A stretch of DNA of 47,592 bases from a virus. Positions 1 through 8,243 of the stretch are shown here, one piece after another. The translations under genes and the position numbers were made by a program. Below the pieces are notes generated by a model. The model worked only from the letters and a program-made list of their open reading frames with translations. It made no database searches and was not told the DNA's origin. The stretch lies in the IMG/VR virus record IMGVR_UViG_3300037297_000139, positions 1 to 47,592 of that record. One strand, given 5' to 3'. Every line of letters begins with the position of its first letter. The stretch's first letter is position 1.

Positions 1-328
1 GGAGGGTAGCCCGGGACCGCAGCGGGGGCAGTCGGGGGCGGCGGGTAACCCGGGGCCGCAGCGGGGGCAGTCGGGGGCGGCGGGTAACCCGGGGCCGCAG
101 CGGGGCCAGTCGGGGGCGGAGGGTAGCCCGGGACCGCAGCGGGGCCAGTCGGGGGCGGCGGGTAACCCGGGGCCGCAGCGGGGGCCGCAGCGGGGGCAGT
201 CGGGGGCGGGGGATAGCCCGGGGCCGCAGCGGGGGCAGTCGGGGGCGGCGGGTAACCCGGGGCCGCAGCGGGGCCAGTCGGGGGCGGAGGGTAGCCCGGG
301 GCCGCAGCGGGGGCAGTCGGGGGCGGCG
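1..328. repeat. 39-bp tandem repeat array (roughly eight units, one carrying a 12-nt insertion); same family as 47469..47592
   Basis: Unit gtcgggggcggcgggtaacccggggccgcagcgggggca recurs head to tail with point variants. On the minus strand each unit reads PGYPPPPT(A/G)PAA(A/V). Confidence 0.95.
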
Positions 329-395
329 CCTGGTTCGCCAGGATCTGGTCGCGGATTTGCGGGGGGAGCGCTGCGAGTTGTTCGGGGGTTAGCAT
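1..395 (-). CDS. Pro-rich tandem-repeat protein, 5' part (runs off the left edge; continues in frame at 47592..47000 if the molecule is circular)
   Basis: AAAGGA + TCGATC spacer + ATG at 395..393. Translation is MLTPEQLAALPPQIRDQILANQ followed by PGYPPPPT(A/G)PAA(A/V) repeats. No stop occurs before position 1. Confidence 0.7.
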   Translation of the reverse strand, partial: MLTPEQLAALPPQIRDQILANQAPPPTAPAAAPGYPPPPTGPAAAPGYPPPPTAPAAAPGYPPPPTAPAAAPAAAPGYPPPPTGPAAVPGYPPPPTGPAAAPGYPPPPTAPAAAPGYPPPPTAPAAVPGYP

Positions 396-412
396 GATCG
401 ATCCTTTCGTGT

Positions 413-2068
413 TCACTGAGCAAGACGCCCGTACGCGGGCCCAATCGCCCGCTCTAGATTTGGTTCTGTGAGTTCTGCCTGCAGAAGCTTCTGGGGCTGG
501 CCGAGCGTGGCTTCCGTGTATCGAGCGTACCCTAACGCCACAGGCACAGCGACCAGATTTTCAAGACAGCCGATGAAGTACGCCGCAGCCACTTCGGCAC
601 ACGGTTGGCCGTCACGGTGTGTGCGTCCGAGAAACTGTTCCCAGTCTAGCGCAGCGGTCGGCGGTGTCACGAACAGATTGCGGTTGAACTGATACTGAAG
701 ATTTCGTCCGGTGCCGCACGCTTTGATCGAAGCAATGATCGTCCGGTCCTTCACCGCGTCAACGGCGCGCCCAGTCGCGTCGAGCCCGCCCGATCCGAAG
801 TAGGCCCACCCCGTATGCTTCGACAGGGCCGTGCCGAAAGCGCGATGGTTCGTCCACACAATCCCCCCGTCGCGGCCCCAAGCCGCCGCCGCTTCCAGCG
901 CGTGAACCGACAGCCACTCGGCCACGGTATGCAGTTCGAAGCTGGGGCGAATCGACTCCCAAGCGTCCCATGCGTGGGATGGTAGCTTCCCCGCTACGCA
1001 TGCGTCGCGCACTTGCGCTTCGGTGTCGTAGACTTCGGAGGCTTCCAACACACGCCGGCAGAAACGGCACCACTCTTTGCGTGCGTCGTTCCAATCGTCC
1101 GGCGGTCTCGGTTCGGCGCGATAGTAGAAACCGAGCGCGAGCTGCTGCGCCGACTGCCAGACACCGATCGCCTTATCAGCGAGAAGCCACCCGTCGGGCA
1201 TAGTCCACAACTCGCGAAGCCGTTCCCAGTGCTCGTCAAGATATCCGGGTGCATCCAACCAGATCGGCGCGAGCGTCAACGCGGAGCCGGTGAAAGCGTC
1301 CGCCGAGATGACCACCCCGGGAGTGTGCTTCAACCGATCCTGGAATGCGAGCCGCGCGGAATCTCGATCGTGCACGTGCCCCAAATGCGGAACGAGGATC
1401 GAATAGTCGAGGGATTGCCAAGTGTCGGAGTTGTGTTCGTCATCCAGCAGCGCGGCCCATTCGGCTATGAGATCCGGATCGTGCGGGACGGGAGCACGGT
1501 CGCGCAACGCCCACACAAGCAAGTGTGCATAGTCCTTCAAGGATTTGCGCGCTGGGGTTCCGGTCAGGACAACCACCCGCACTTCACGATTCTCAGGCGC
1601 AGCCAGAAACCGAGCAACGCGGCGCGCGCACGCAGCCGACTTCACGTGCTTCAGGTGCTGGGCTTCGTCGAATATGATCAAGTCCGGCGCATACTGCGCC
1701 AACGCATCGGCGTGCTTTCGCAATCCAAGCTGGGTGTAGGAGATGATACGGGGATAGGGGATTTTCCAGTGCACCCGAAGCGCGGCGAATTCGCGGTGCG
1801 TTTTCTCTACCAACGCGGCCGGTACAACTAGCAGCGGCCGGCGCGAGTTGAGCACTGTGGGGGCGAGCCCTGAAATGAGCGTCTTGCCGGCGCCCACCCG
1901 TGCCGCGCAGAACAACCCGCCTGCCATCAGCAGCTCCGCCAGCGCCAGAGCTTGGATCGTACGCAGCTGCATTGTGCCGCATGCAGTGCGCAGCCACGCC
2001 GTCAACGTCGGAACGAGTTCAGCTCCGGCGAGCGGTTGACGGCGTGGGAGTTGCGCGATCCGGCTCAC
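413..2068 (-). CDS. SNF2/DEAD-like superfamily 2 helicase
   Basis: 551 aa from GTG 2068, which forms a GTGA overlap with the upstream stop (ATG alternative at 1972). Motifs: ARVGAGKTL (Walker A), IIFDEAQH, LTGTP, GTGRNLQ, GRTHRDGQ. The 288 codons upstream in the 839-aa track ORF are the alternate frame of the nuclease gene. Confidence 0.9.
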   Translation of the reverse strand: MSRIAQLPRRQPLAGAELVPTLTAWLRTACGTMQLRTIQALALAELLMAGGLFCAARVGAGKTLISGLAPTVLNSRRPLLVVPAALVEKTHREFAALRVHWKIPYPRIISYTQLGLRKHADALAQYAPDLIIFDEAQHLKHVKSAACARRVARFLAAPENREVRVVVLTGTPARKSLKDYAHLLVWALRDRAPVPHDPDLIAEWAALLDDEHNSDTWQSLDYSILVPHLGHVHDRDSARLAFQDRLKHTPGVVISADAFTGSALTLAPIWLDAPGYLDEHWERLRELWTMPDGWLLADKAIGVWQSAQQLALGFYYRAEPRPPDDWNDARKEWCRFCRRVLEASEVYDTEAQVRDACVAGKLPSHAWDAWESIRPSFELHTVAEWLSVHALEAAAAWGRDGGIVWTNHRAFGTALSKHTGWAYFGSGGLDATGRAVDAVKDRTIIASIKACGTGRNLQYQFNRNLFVTPPTAALDWEQFLGRTHRDGQPCAEVAAAYFIGCLENLVAVPVALGYARYTEATLGQPQKLLQAELTEPNLERAIGPAYGRLAQ

Positions 2069-3561
2069 TTGTTTCGTAGATAGTTGAGTAGCTGCTCGTT
2101 CGCGAACGAGAGGTGTTCGATCGCTTTCGTCAAGCGGTCGGCCTGGGCGAGCTGGGGGCTCGGGGGTGGCGCTTGCTGTCCAGGGGGGAGCTGGGGTGCG
2201 GGCGCTTGTGCTGGCGGCGCAGCGGTCGGCAACGCAGTCGGCGGGGCCATTTGCATTGGCATCGAAGCGGCCGGCGCATTGGGGGCCATCCCCGGGATCT
2301 GCTGAGGTGGGGGTACCTGTCGCGGCGCGGGCGCGGGTGGCGCGGCGGGCGCGGGCGCGGCGGTCTGCTTCGCCTTGATCGCTTTCTTCACATCCCCCTG
2401 AGTCACACGGCCATTCTTGCCAGTGCCTTGGATCGTGGACAGCTCGATTCCAGCTTCGGCTGCCATCCCCATTACGGCCGTGCTCGCGAGCACTGTCGGC
2501 GCAGCGGCTTGTGCCTGCTGGTGTTCCGGTGGGTTGATGGGGGCCGTCTGCTGGATCGTTTGCATGGTCGAACGCAGCTGCTCGCGAACCGCTGGATCCA
2601 GCGTCGGCCAGATCGCGGGATCGAATCCGGGCGGGCAGTCGCTGGCTTGCGGTGCGGCGGGCGGTGCGGGAGCGGCCTGCGGTGCGGCGGGCGGTGCGGG
2701 AGCGGCCTGCGGCGGGGGGTATCCTGGCGCAGCGGGCGTACCCGGCACTTGGCCGGCTTGCGCCAGCTCGGCTTGACGCTGTGCCAGCAGCGCGTTGATC
2801 TGTGCCAAGTCGGGGGTTTGCTGATCTGTCATGTCTGGGGCTCCTATCAACCGGCAGTAGCCGGCATGGGGGCACGGCTTGCCGAAAGCGTTGCACGTAC
2901 CCGGTCGGTTGGGGATTAGATCGTTGATCCAACCGGTCAAGTGATCGGTTGGGACGTTTTGAAACATCGCGTGAAGCGCTATCATCTGCTGTGCGCCGGG
3001 GACGATGCGCTTGCGGACTTCGGACAGCACGTCCAGGATCGACACTTCAGCATCGACTGGCCAAGCCTTCCGACTTTTCTTCGAGTAGTACACCCACCGT
3101 AGCTTCGTGACTTCCCAAGTCGGCGGGGCGAGCACATACAGCAAAGCTTGGGGGTTGTGCGGAAGTGTCTCCGGCGTCAACGCGAACTTCGGACCCGATA
3201 CGAATTTGTGATCGAGCTTGCGGCGCTCTGCCGGATCCGCGACGTCAATCGCACCGGTGAACGTTACCCCGTCAAGCTCGAAGCGAAAGCGTTGCTCAAC
3301 TTGTACTGTCCCCGGGCGCGGTAAGTAGGGGATCCCTTCGAGCACGCACCGGCCTTCTTTCGTTTCGATCGGCGGAGGGGATCCGTCAATCAGAAACTGT
3401 GCCGCGATCTGGTGTGCGCGGTCGCCGAATTCGAGCGAGTCCGATCGCGGGCCTTTGCGCCCCGCGATGTACTCCCATGCCCAGCGTCGGCAGCAGCCGT
3501 GCTCAGGATCGGCGAACATGCTCCACGCAGTGGCAGAGACTCTCAATGGTTTGCTAGCCAC
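2065..3561 (-). CDS. Cas4/DUF2800-type PD-(D/E)XK nuclease fused to Ala/Pro linkers and a peripheral-subunit-binding domain (PSBD)
   Basis: 498 aa, GTG start. The first ~243 aa carry HGCCRRW, IDVAD..KLDHKF, QALLY and CNAFGKPCPHAGYC, i.e. nuclease motifs plus a 4-Cys cluster. The C-terminal ~254 aa are AP-rich linkers flanking AAEAGIELSTIQGTGKNGRVTQGDVKKAI. Confidence 0.85.
   Translation of the reverse strand: MASKPLRVSATAWSMFADPEHGCCRRWAWEYIAGRKGPRSDSLEFGDRAHQIAAQFLIDGSPPPIETKEGRCVLEGIPYLPRPGTVQVEQRFRFELDGVTFTGAIDVADPAERRKLDHKFVSGPKFALTPETLPHNPQALLYVLAPPTWEVTKLRWVYYSKKSRKAWPVDAEVSILDVLSEVRKRIVPGAQQMIALHAMFQNVPTDHLTGWINDLIPNRPGTCNAFGKPCPHAGYCRLIGAPDMTDQQTPDLAQINALLAQRQAELAQAGQVPGTPAAPGYPPPQAAPAPPAAPQAAPAPPAAPQASDCPPGFDPAIWPTLDPAVREQLRSTMQTIQQTAPINPPEHQQAQAAAPTVLASTAVMGMAAEAGIELSTIQGTGKNGRVTQGDVKKAIKAKQTAAPAPAAPPAPAPRQVPPPQQIPGMAPNAPAASMPMQMAPPTALPTAAPPAQAPAPQLPPGQQAPPPSPQLAQADRLTKAIEHLSFANEQLLNYLRNK
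2648..2709. repeat. 30-bp direct duplication inside the nuclease linker
   Basis: tgcggtgcggcgggcggtgcgggagcggcc occurs twice in tandem and encodes QAAPAPPAAP x2 on the minus strand. Confidence 0.9.
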
Positions 3562-5924
3562 GCTTCCACCCGTACCCGGTTACCGTACCCCGAAGACTCT
3601 GCCCACGCAACCAGTAAATCGGTGTCAATGGCGGTGTAGCTGATTTCAGAACCGACGCGCTCTCCCAGACCGTCGAGCGCTTTGATGATTGCGCTAGTCG
3701 ATGGTTGTCGGATCCGATTGAGCACACGTTGCCAGTTCGTCAAAATCCAGTCCAGGTGAACGACCAGGCGTCCAGCTAGCACCGTTGCGCCTTCGTCCAA
3801 CGGAGCCGAGTCTCGGAGCACCCGAACGAATAGCTCACACAGATGCGCCCGAACGCCCCCTGCTACGGTCAGCTTCGACACCAGGCTCGGCGCGGGAGGT
3901 ACACCGAAGCGTCCCTCCCAACGGGAGCCCAGATGCTCATACAACCAAAGCACGTGCTTCGGAAGCGAATCCCCTTCGATCCACGGTTCGCATGCGTCCC
4001 ACCCTCCCAGGTCGGCTAGGTACACTGCAGCGTCGGCAGAGCAGCGGATGTGTGTGAAGCGTTCGGCAACCGCGTCCACATCTTGCTTCGTCAAATGCGC
4101 GTTCAGTGCTAATACGTCTTCGTTGTTCGCGCTAATCTGCAACCGGATCGCCCCTTCGAGCGTGACGGCCCTGCGATACTTCTCGTTGACTTGTCGCGAC
4201 GTGGACTGAATCAACTCCCGCAACGCGCCGGTGCGTTCGTTGCCGGAGAAGTCTGTGGGAATTTCCGACTCGTCCGCGTGAACGAAGGGGCAACGCTCAA
4301 GCGTAGCGTTGAACCCTCCTAGCGCGTCTATCAAGGTGCTCGGACCCGTAGTCGTCCAAAGCCTGGAGAGCCCCCGAGCTAGCATCGATTTCCCAACCGA
4401 CTTGGGCCCGGTCAACACCAGCCCGGTCAACGGCCGCGACAGATCGGGGACGAACGACAGCCACGCCAAGAGCCGGGTATAGTTGACGCCGGCCAGTGCT
4501 TTGAGCCATTCGTCGATTTGAGGATCGAACGTTGGGGCAAGGCTCCGCTTCCGACACGCTGGCAGAGTCAGCGCGCGACGCACCAAATCGATTCGCGGTT
4601 TCGATTCGACTAGCGAGCGCGCGACGCTTCGCAGTGGGGTTGAGTACTTCTCAAGCAGTTCGGTGCGTGTGAGGGACCGGATCCCAGACTTGTCCACCAC
4701 ATGCAAGTTGACCGGAGCGGGGGCGAGCACGACCCGTGCGACGTTGGGGAAAGCCTCGCGACTGCAATGCACTAGCTCCGCGTTCGGTCCGACGAAGTAA
4801 TAGTCTGTTTCATGTTGTAGGATCCACGCATGCGGCATCGCATCGGGGGGCACGTTGAGTGACTGCCGAATCGCTTCGCATTCTTCAAGCGAGTAGGGGG
4901 CGGTACGGTCTGTCCCGAACGCTTGACGAATCGCTTCGACTCGCTCGGACGGCATATCCGCGTTGCGGGAAGCGAGCACTCCGACTCGCGCGCGTTCCAG
5001 CTTCTCTCTTACGTCTGCGTCTGTGAAGTGATCCGCAGGCTCAATCTGCGCCATGCGGTCTAGCGACAGCTGGAACAACTGAGAGATCGAATCCGCGGAC
5101 ACGTCGGGGTAAGCGTGCACGATGGCAGAGAGAAGCCGCCAAAGGATCGTGTCGCGCTCCCCCGCCGACGCAAACGGGATCCCTTCCAGCACCTTTTGCA
5201 GTCGCGTTGCTAGATCAAGATGCGCTGGGGACGTGGACCGTTTCCAACGCGCTGCTAGCATGCGAAAGACTGACTCGTCCACCTCGCACACCGGACGATC
5301 AGGAACGGGCGCCAGTGGCGGTCGCTCGATTGGTTGCCCTGCCAACACCTCGGGGGGGATCGTCAACCCTACCCCGGGTTGGTAGAACAGCTGTGCCAGA
5401 TGTTCGCGCGCTGGATGACAAGACGGCACGAAGAATGCGCGTTCGACCCCTCGTGCTTCACGGTCAGCGAAATGCGCGTACCGGGCCCACACCCATTCGA
5501 GCGCGCGATCGTACGCACGAGGATCCATCGGCGCCGCAAGCGGGACGATCAACCGCCAGCCCGCAAAGTGTTTCGCAGTCGGTTGCCCGTGGCTCCACGT
5601 GGTGTACCAGAGAAACGAAATGCCGTCTTGCTTGAAGCGGGCGGCCGCATCGACAACTTGCTCAAGCGGGCAGTCGTCGAAGTCCAGGCACATCCCGTGA
5701 ACCGAGACCACGTCTTCACGGCACCGGTGCCCCCCGTCGCGCAAGCGGACCAGGGAAACAAGCGGAGCCGCGTGCTTCGTCATGTCGCGCCGGTGTCCGT
5801 AGCTGGCCAGCCGAGTCGCGAAGCTCTCCCAAGTATCCAGCTCAACCGTCCACTGATTGGGGCGGTTCAGTGCCTCGTAATAGGTCGAGACGACAGGTAG
5901 CCCAGACGGATCCGCTAGCTCCAC
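3543..5924 (-). CDS. Bifunctional primase-polymerase (AEP) / SF3 (D5-like) helicase
   Basis: 793 aa. The N-terminal half has CLDFDD and FLWYTTWSH (prim-pol motifs). The C-terminal half has LTGPKSVGKS (Walker A) and FVHADE (Walker B). GTG start without a clear SD, so the start is uncertain. Confidence 0.9.
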   Translation of the reverse strand: MELADPSGLPVVSTYYEALNRPNQWTVELDTWESFATRLASYGHRRDMTKHAAPLVSLVRLRDGGHRCREDVVSVHGMCLDFDDCPLEQVVDAAARFKQDGISFLWYTTWSHGQPTAKHFAGWRLIVPLAAPMDPRAYDRALEWVWARYAHFADREARGVERAFFVPSCHPAREHLAQLFYQPGVGLTIPPEVLAGQPIERPPLAPVPDRPVCEVDESVFRMLAARWKRSTSPAHLDLATRLQKVLEGIPFASAGERDTILWRLLSAIVHAYPDVSADSISQLFQLSLDRMAQIEPADHFTDADVREKLERARVGVLASRNADMPSERVEAIRQAFGTDRTAPYSLEECEAIRQSLNVPPDAMPHAWILQHETDYYFVGPNAELVHCSREAFPNVARVVLAPAPVNLHVVDKSGIRSLTRTELLEKYSTPLRSVARSLVESKPRIDLVRRALTLPACRKRSLAPTFDPQIDEWLKALAGVNYTRLLAWLSFVPDLSRPLTGLVLTGPKSVGKSMLARGLSRLWTTTGPSTLIDALGGFNATLERCPFVHADESEIPTDFSGNERTGALRELIQSTSRQVNEKYRRAVTLEGAIRLQISANNEDVLALNAHLTKQDVDAVAERFTHIRCSADAAVYLADLGGWDACEPWIEGDSLPKHVLWLYEHLGSRWEGRFGVPPAPSLVSKLTVAGGVRAHLCELFVRVLRDSAPLDEGATVLAGRLVVHLDWILTNWQRVLNRIRQPSTSAIIKALDGLGERVGSEISYTAIDTDLLVAWAESSGYGNRVRVEAWLANH

Positions 5925-5936
5925 GACGTCAAGGTA

Positions 5937-7172
5937 TCACGTCGGGATCCCGTACGCAAGATCATCCAGCGGGGGGAGCCCGCGGGAGATCGCCACTTCG
6001 TCTCCGTAGAGGTAGTATGCGATGAAACGGCCGAATTTCTGGCAGTTCTGAATTCCGGAATACGCGCGCCACGTCGCAAACATGTCGTCGGACACAACCA
6101 GATCGAAGATCGGGCAGTCCGCTTCGTCCCGAATGACAACCTGTCCGATCACTTTTCCAACCACGAAAGTATTTTCGAACAGCTCGCCCCCGTCGATAAT
6201 GTAGGCCGTCGGGGATCCGCTGGTCTGTCGAACCCAATTGGCGCCGACAGAAGGATCCCCAGTGCACAGAAACACATGTCCGAAACAGTTCGTTAGAATC
6301 CAACCGCCGTAGCCTTCGGAGTAGACCACGGTAGGCTGGATAGTGCTCGTTGTGGTCGTCCACTCTGGGATCGTGTCCCAACCGCTCCAAGTCGTCCCGT
6401 CATCAGTCGAAACGTTGACCTTCCCGGTGTAGGTGCCAGCGTTGTCGATCTGCGAAATGAGGACCAGCGTGCCGTCATGATACGCCATGTCTCCGAGAAT
6501 CTGCCACACGGCCCCGCCGCCGATGGCAGCCGGGGCCGTCTTCGCCGTCGCGGTCCAAGTGGAAGTTCCGGGGCCGTCCCATTCGTAGAAATACAATCGG
6601 TCGGTTCCAGAATCGTCGAAGTCCAGCCACACGGCCCCGGCTTGCGTATCGTGCGGACAGCTGCACATGTAATTTGAGATGCCTACCAGCGATCCAGCGT
6701 AGGCGAACAAGACGTCCGAAGTCAGTGCTCCGGTATACATAGAATCATCGTATGTCGTGAAGACCAGAGCTTGCAGGTTCCCGCCGCTGACCAGCAAGCA
6801 GACGACCCATTCGTCGTCAACGAATACAGGGATCGTGCTCGTGGTGACAGTGTACGTATCGCCGAACGGCGAGTAAAGCACAGTGTTCTGACCGTCGTCG
6901 GCGCAGTACAGCACCCCCCGCCCGCAAGCGGCCCACATTGGGCGCTCTAGAGAGCTGTCTTTCGTGGCAGCTGAGCGGGGGTTGTGCGGGAGGATCGGTT
7001 CATCTCGCAGCGCTTTCGCCACAGTCCCCAGCTGCTTCATGTACCAATTGATTTCGTCCGCCGAAATGTCCGGGGTGTTTGCGAGGTAGCCTCGTTCCAC
7101 TTTCGAGTCGGCCATTTCAGACGTGGACCCGGTATCACCCCAGACGACGAAATGTTCTGCTACTTCAGACAT
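5937..7172 (-). CDS. Tail fibre / receptor-binding protein with BNR (Asp-box) beta-propeller-like region
   Basis: ATG 7172 is preceded by GGAGAG and overlaps the upstream stop (ATGTCTGA); the track ORF extends to TTG 7193. It has the Asp-box STDDGTTW and a Thr/Gly/Trp-rich sequence, and is the last gene of the tail module. Confidence 0.75.
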   Translation of the reverse strand: MSEVAEHFVVWGDTGSTSEMADSKVERGYLANTPDISADEINWYMKQLGTVAKALRDEPILPHNPRSAATKDSSLERPMWAACGRGVLYCADDGQNTVLYSPFGDTYTVTTSTIPVFVDDEWVVCLLVSGGNLQALVFTTYDDSMYTGALTSDVLFAYAGSLVGISNYMCSCPHDTQAGAVWLDFDDSGTDRLYFYEWDGPGTSTWTATAKTAPAAIGGGAVWQILGDMAYHDGTLVLISQIDNAGTYTGKVNVSTDDGTTWSGWDTIPEWTTTTSTIQPTVVYSEGYGGWILTNCFGHVFLCTGDPSVGANWVRQTSGSPTAYIIDGGELFENTFVVGKVIGQVVIRDEADCPIFDLVVSDDMFATWRAYSGIQNCQKFGRFIAYYLYGDEVAISRGLPPLDDLAYGIPT

Positions 7173-7710
7173 GGATCTCTCCAAAGGTGCCAACGTCTAC
7201 CGCTTGCTGCGGAGTCGCTGCAGCCATGTTGTCAATATCAGGATACGAGAAAGTCCCGGGTACGATCCACACGACACGCACCCCGGCTTCGGCCGCTTCG
7301 TTGATCACGTACGCACCGTCTTCAGGGTAGGCAGCTGTGAGAATGTTCACCGCGTCGGTAGTTTCGGTAGCGCTTCCCGGCGTGGTCAAAAGCGACACGA
7401 CGTCGTACAAGTCTTGCATCGTCGCGCGAGACCGGTTGATCGCAACGCGACACTTCACGCGAGACCGGAAAGCTTCCAACGCATCCGGTTCGGTTGGCTC
7501 CCCCACGATCTTCGCGAAACGCTGCAGCATGAAACGTTCGCACGTGTCTACGTCCAGCTGGTCGAGCACAGACCATGCCGCGTCTTCCAACGCTTGAACC
7601 TCGTTCAGCGCCGCCTGAAGTACAGCCGCAATCCGAGGCTTCCCCCAGTATTCGGGGATCAGCTTCAGGATCCCTTCGATTGCGTGCGACGTCTTGTGCT
7701 CTAGACTCAT
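7165..7710 (-). CDS. Baseplate/tail-fibre attachment protein (Mu gp48 / XkdU / DUF2612-type position)
   Basis: 181 aa with an ATGA overlap with the upstream gene. N-terminal LKLIPEYWGKP..ALNEVQALEDA resembles the small protein that follows baseplate J in Mu- and PBSX-like tails. The function call rests on position plus weak motif memory. Confidence 0.65.
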   Translation of the reverse strand: MSLEHKTSHAIEGILKLIPEYWGKPRIAAVLQAALNEVQALEDAAWSVLDQLDVDTCERFMLQRFAKIVGEPTEPDALEAFRSRVKCRVAINRSRATMQDLYDVVSLLTTPGSATETTDAVNILTAAYPEDGAYVINEAAEAGVRVVWIVPGTFSYPDIDNMAAATPQQAVDVGTFGEIHV

Positions 7711-8243
7711 ACGTCAGCCCCCAGGCGGACCATGATTGCGTGTGCACGCCACTGCACGACCCCGTCCGTTCCGGAGCCGTCGGCGCTAATCCGCAGCATG
7801 CCGAAAGCAGCTGCGTGCACGTGCGATCCATCCACTCCGGAAGCATACGCCGATGCGGTCGTGTAGTCCAGGACGGTCGGAGTCCCCCCGTCTGCGTTCT
7901 GGAAAAGCACGTATTCGCCGTGCCATACGTAATACGTCCCCGACCCCTCTTTCCCGAACACTCGCAGGTCAACCGTGCATCCGCCTTTCGGGATCGGGAT
8001 GTCGAGAAGGGTCACGGTCTCGTTCCCGTCCGTCTCACAGGCGCCTGTGTGCGGAGCAACGTTTCCGATGATCGTGTCTTCATAGATCAGATCGAACGCT
8101 TCGGCCTCGACTCGTTCGTATACGAGATTGTCGCCCGCGGCATTGACGCGCACGCGATAAAGCGCTTGGTCGGATCGTGGCTTGACGATCCCGCCGGTGT
8201 ACTTCAAGGCCAGGGCCACGCCAAGATTTGGATCAAGTGTCAT
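7707..8243 (-). CDS. Hypothetical baseplate-module protein
   Basis: 178 aa, ATGA-coupled on both sides, high GC3, sits between baseplate J and the fibre-attachment gene. Confidence 0.7.
   Translation of the reverse strand: MTLDPNLGVALALKYTGGIVKPRSDQALYRVRVNAAGDNLVYERVEAEAFDLIYEDTIIGNVAPHTGACETDGNETVTLLDIPIPKGGCTVDLRVFGKEGSGTYYVWHGEYVLFQNADGGTPTVLDYTTASAYASGVDGSHVHAAAFGMLRISADGSGTDGVVQWRAHAIMVRLGADV

Noticed and set aside
1-328. The idea that the tandem arrays at 1..328, 46625..46903 and 47469..47592 are CRISPR arrays.
   Set aside because: The units abut directly with no unique spacers, the unit lengths are multiples of 3, and the arrays lie inside open reading frames. No cas genes are present; the Cas4-like nuclease belongs to a replication module.
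2069-2932. The N-terminal 288 codons of the 839-aa track ORF 413..2932 (an Arg/Ala/Pro-rich extension of the helicase).
   Set aside because: This stretch is the alternate frame of the Pro/Ala-rich part of the nuclease gene 2065..3561. It has no helicase-like sequence. A GTG at 2068 forms a GTGA junction with the nuclease stop.
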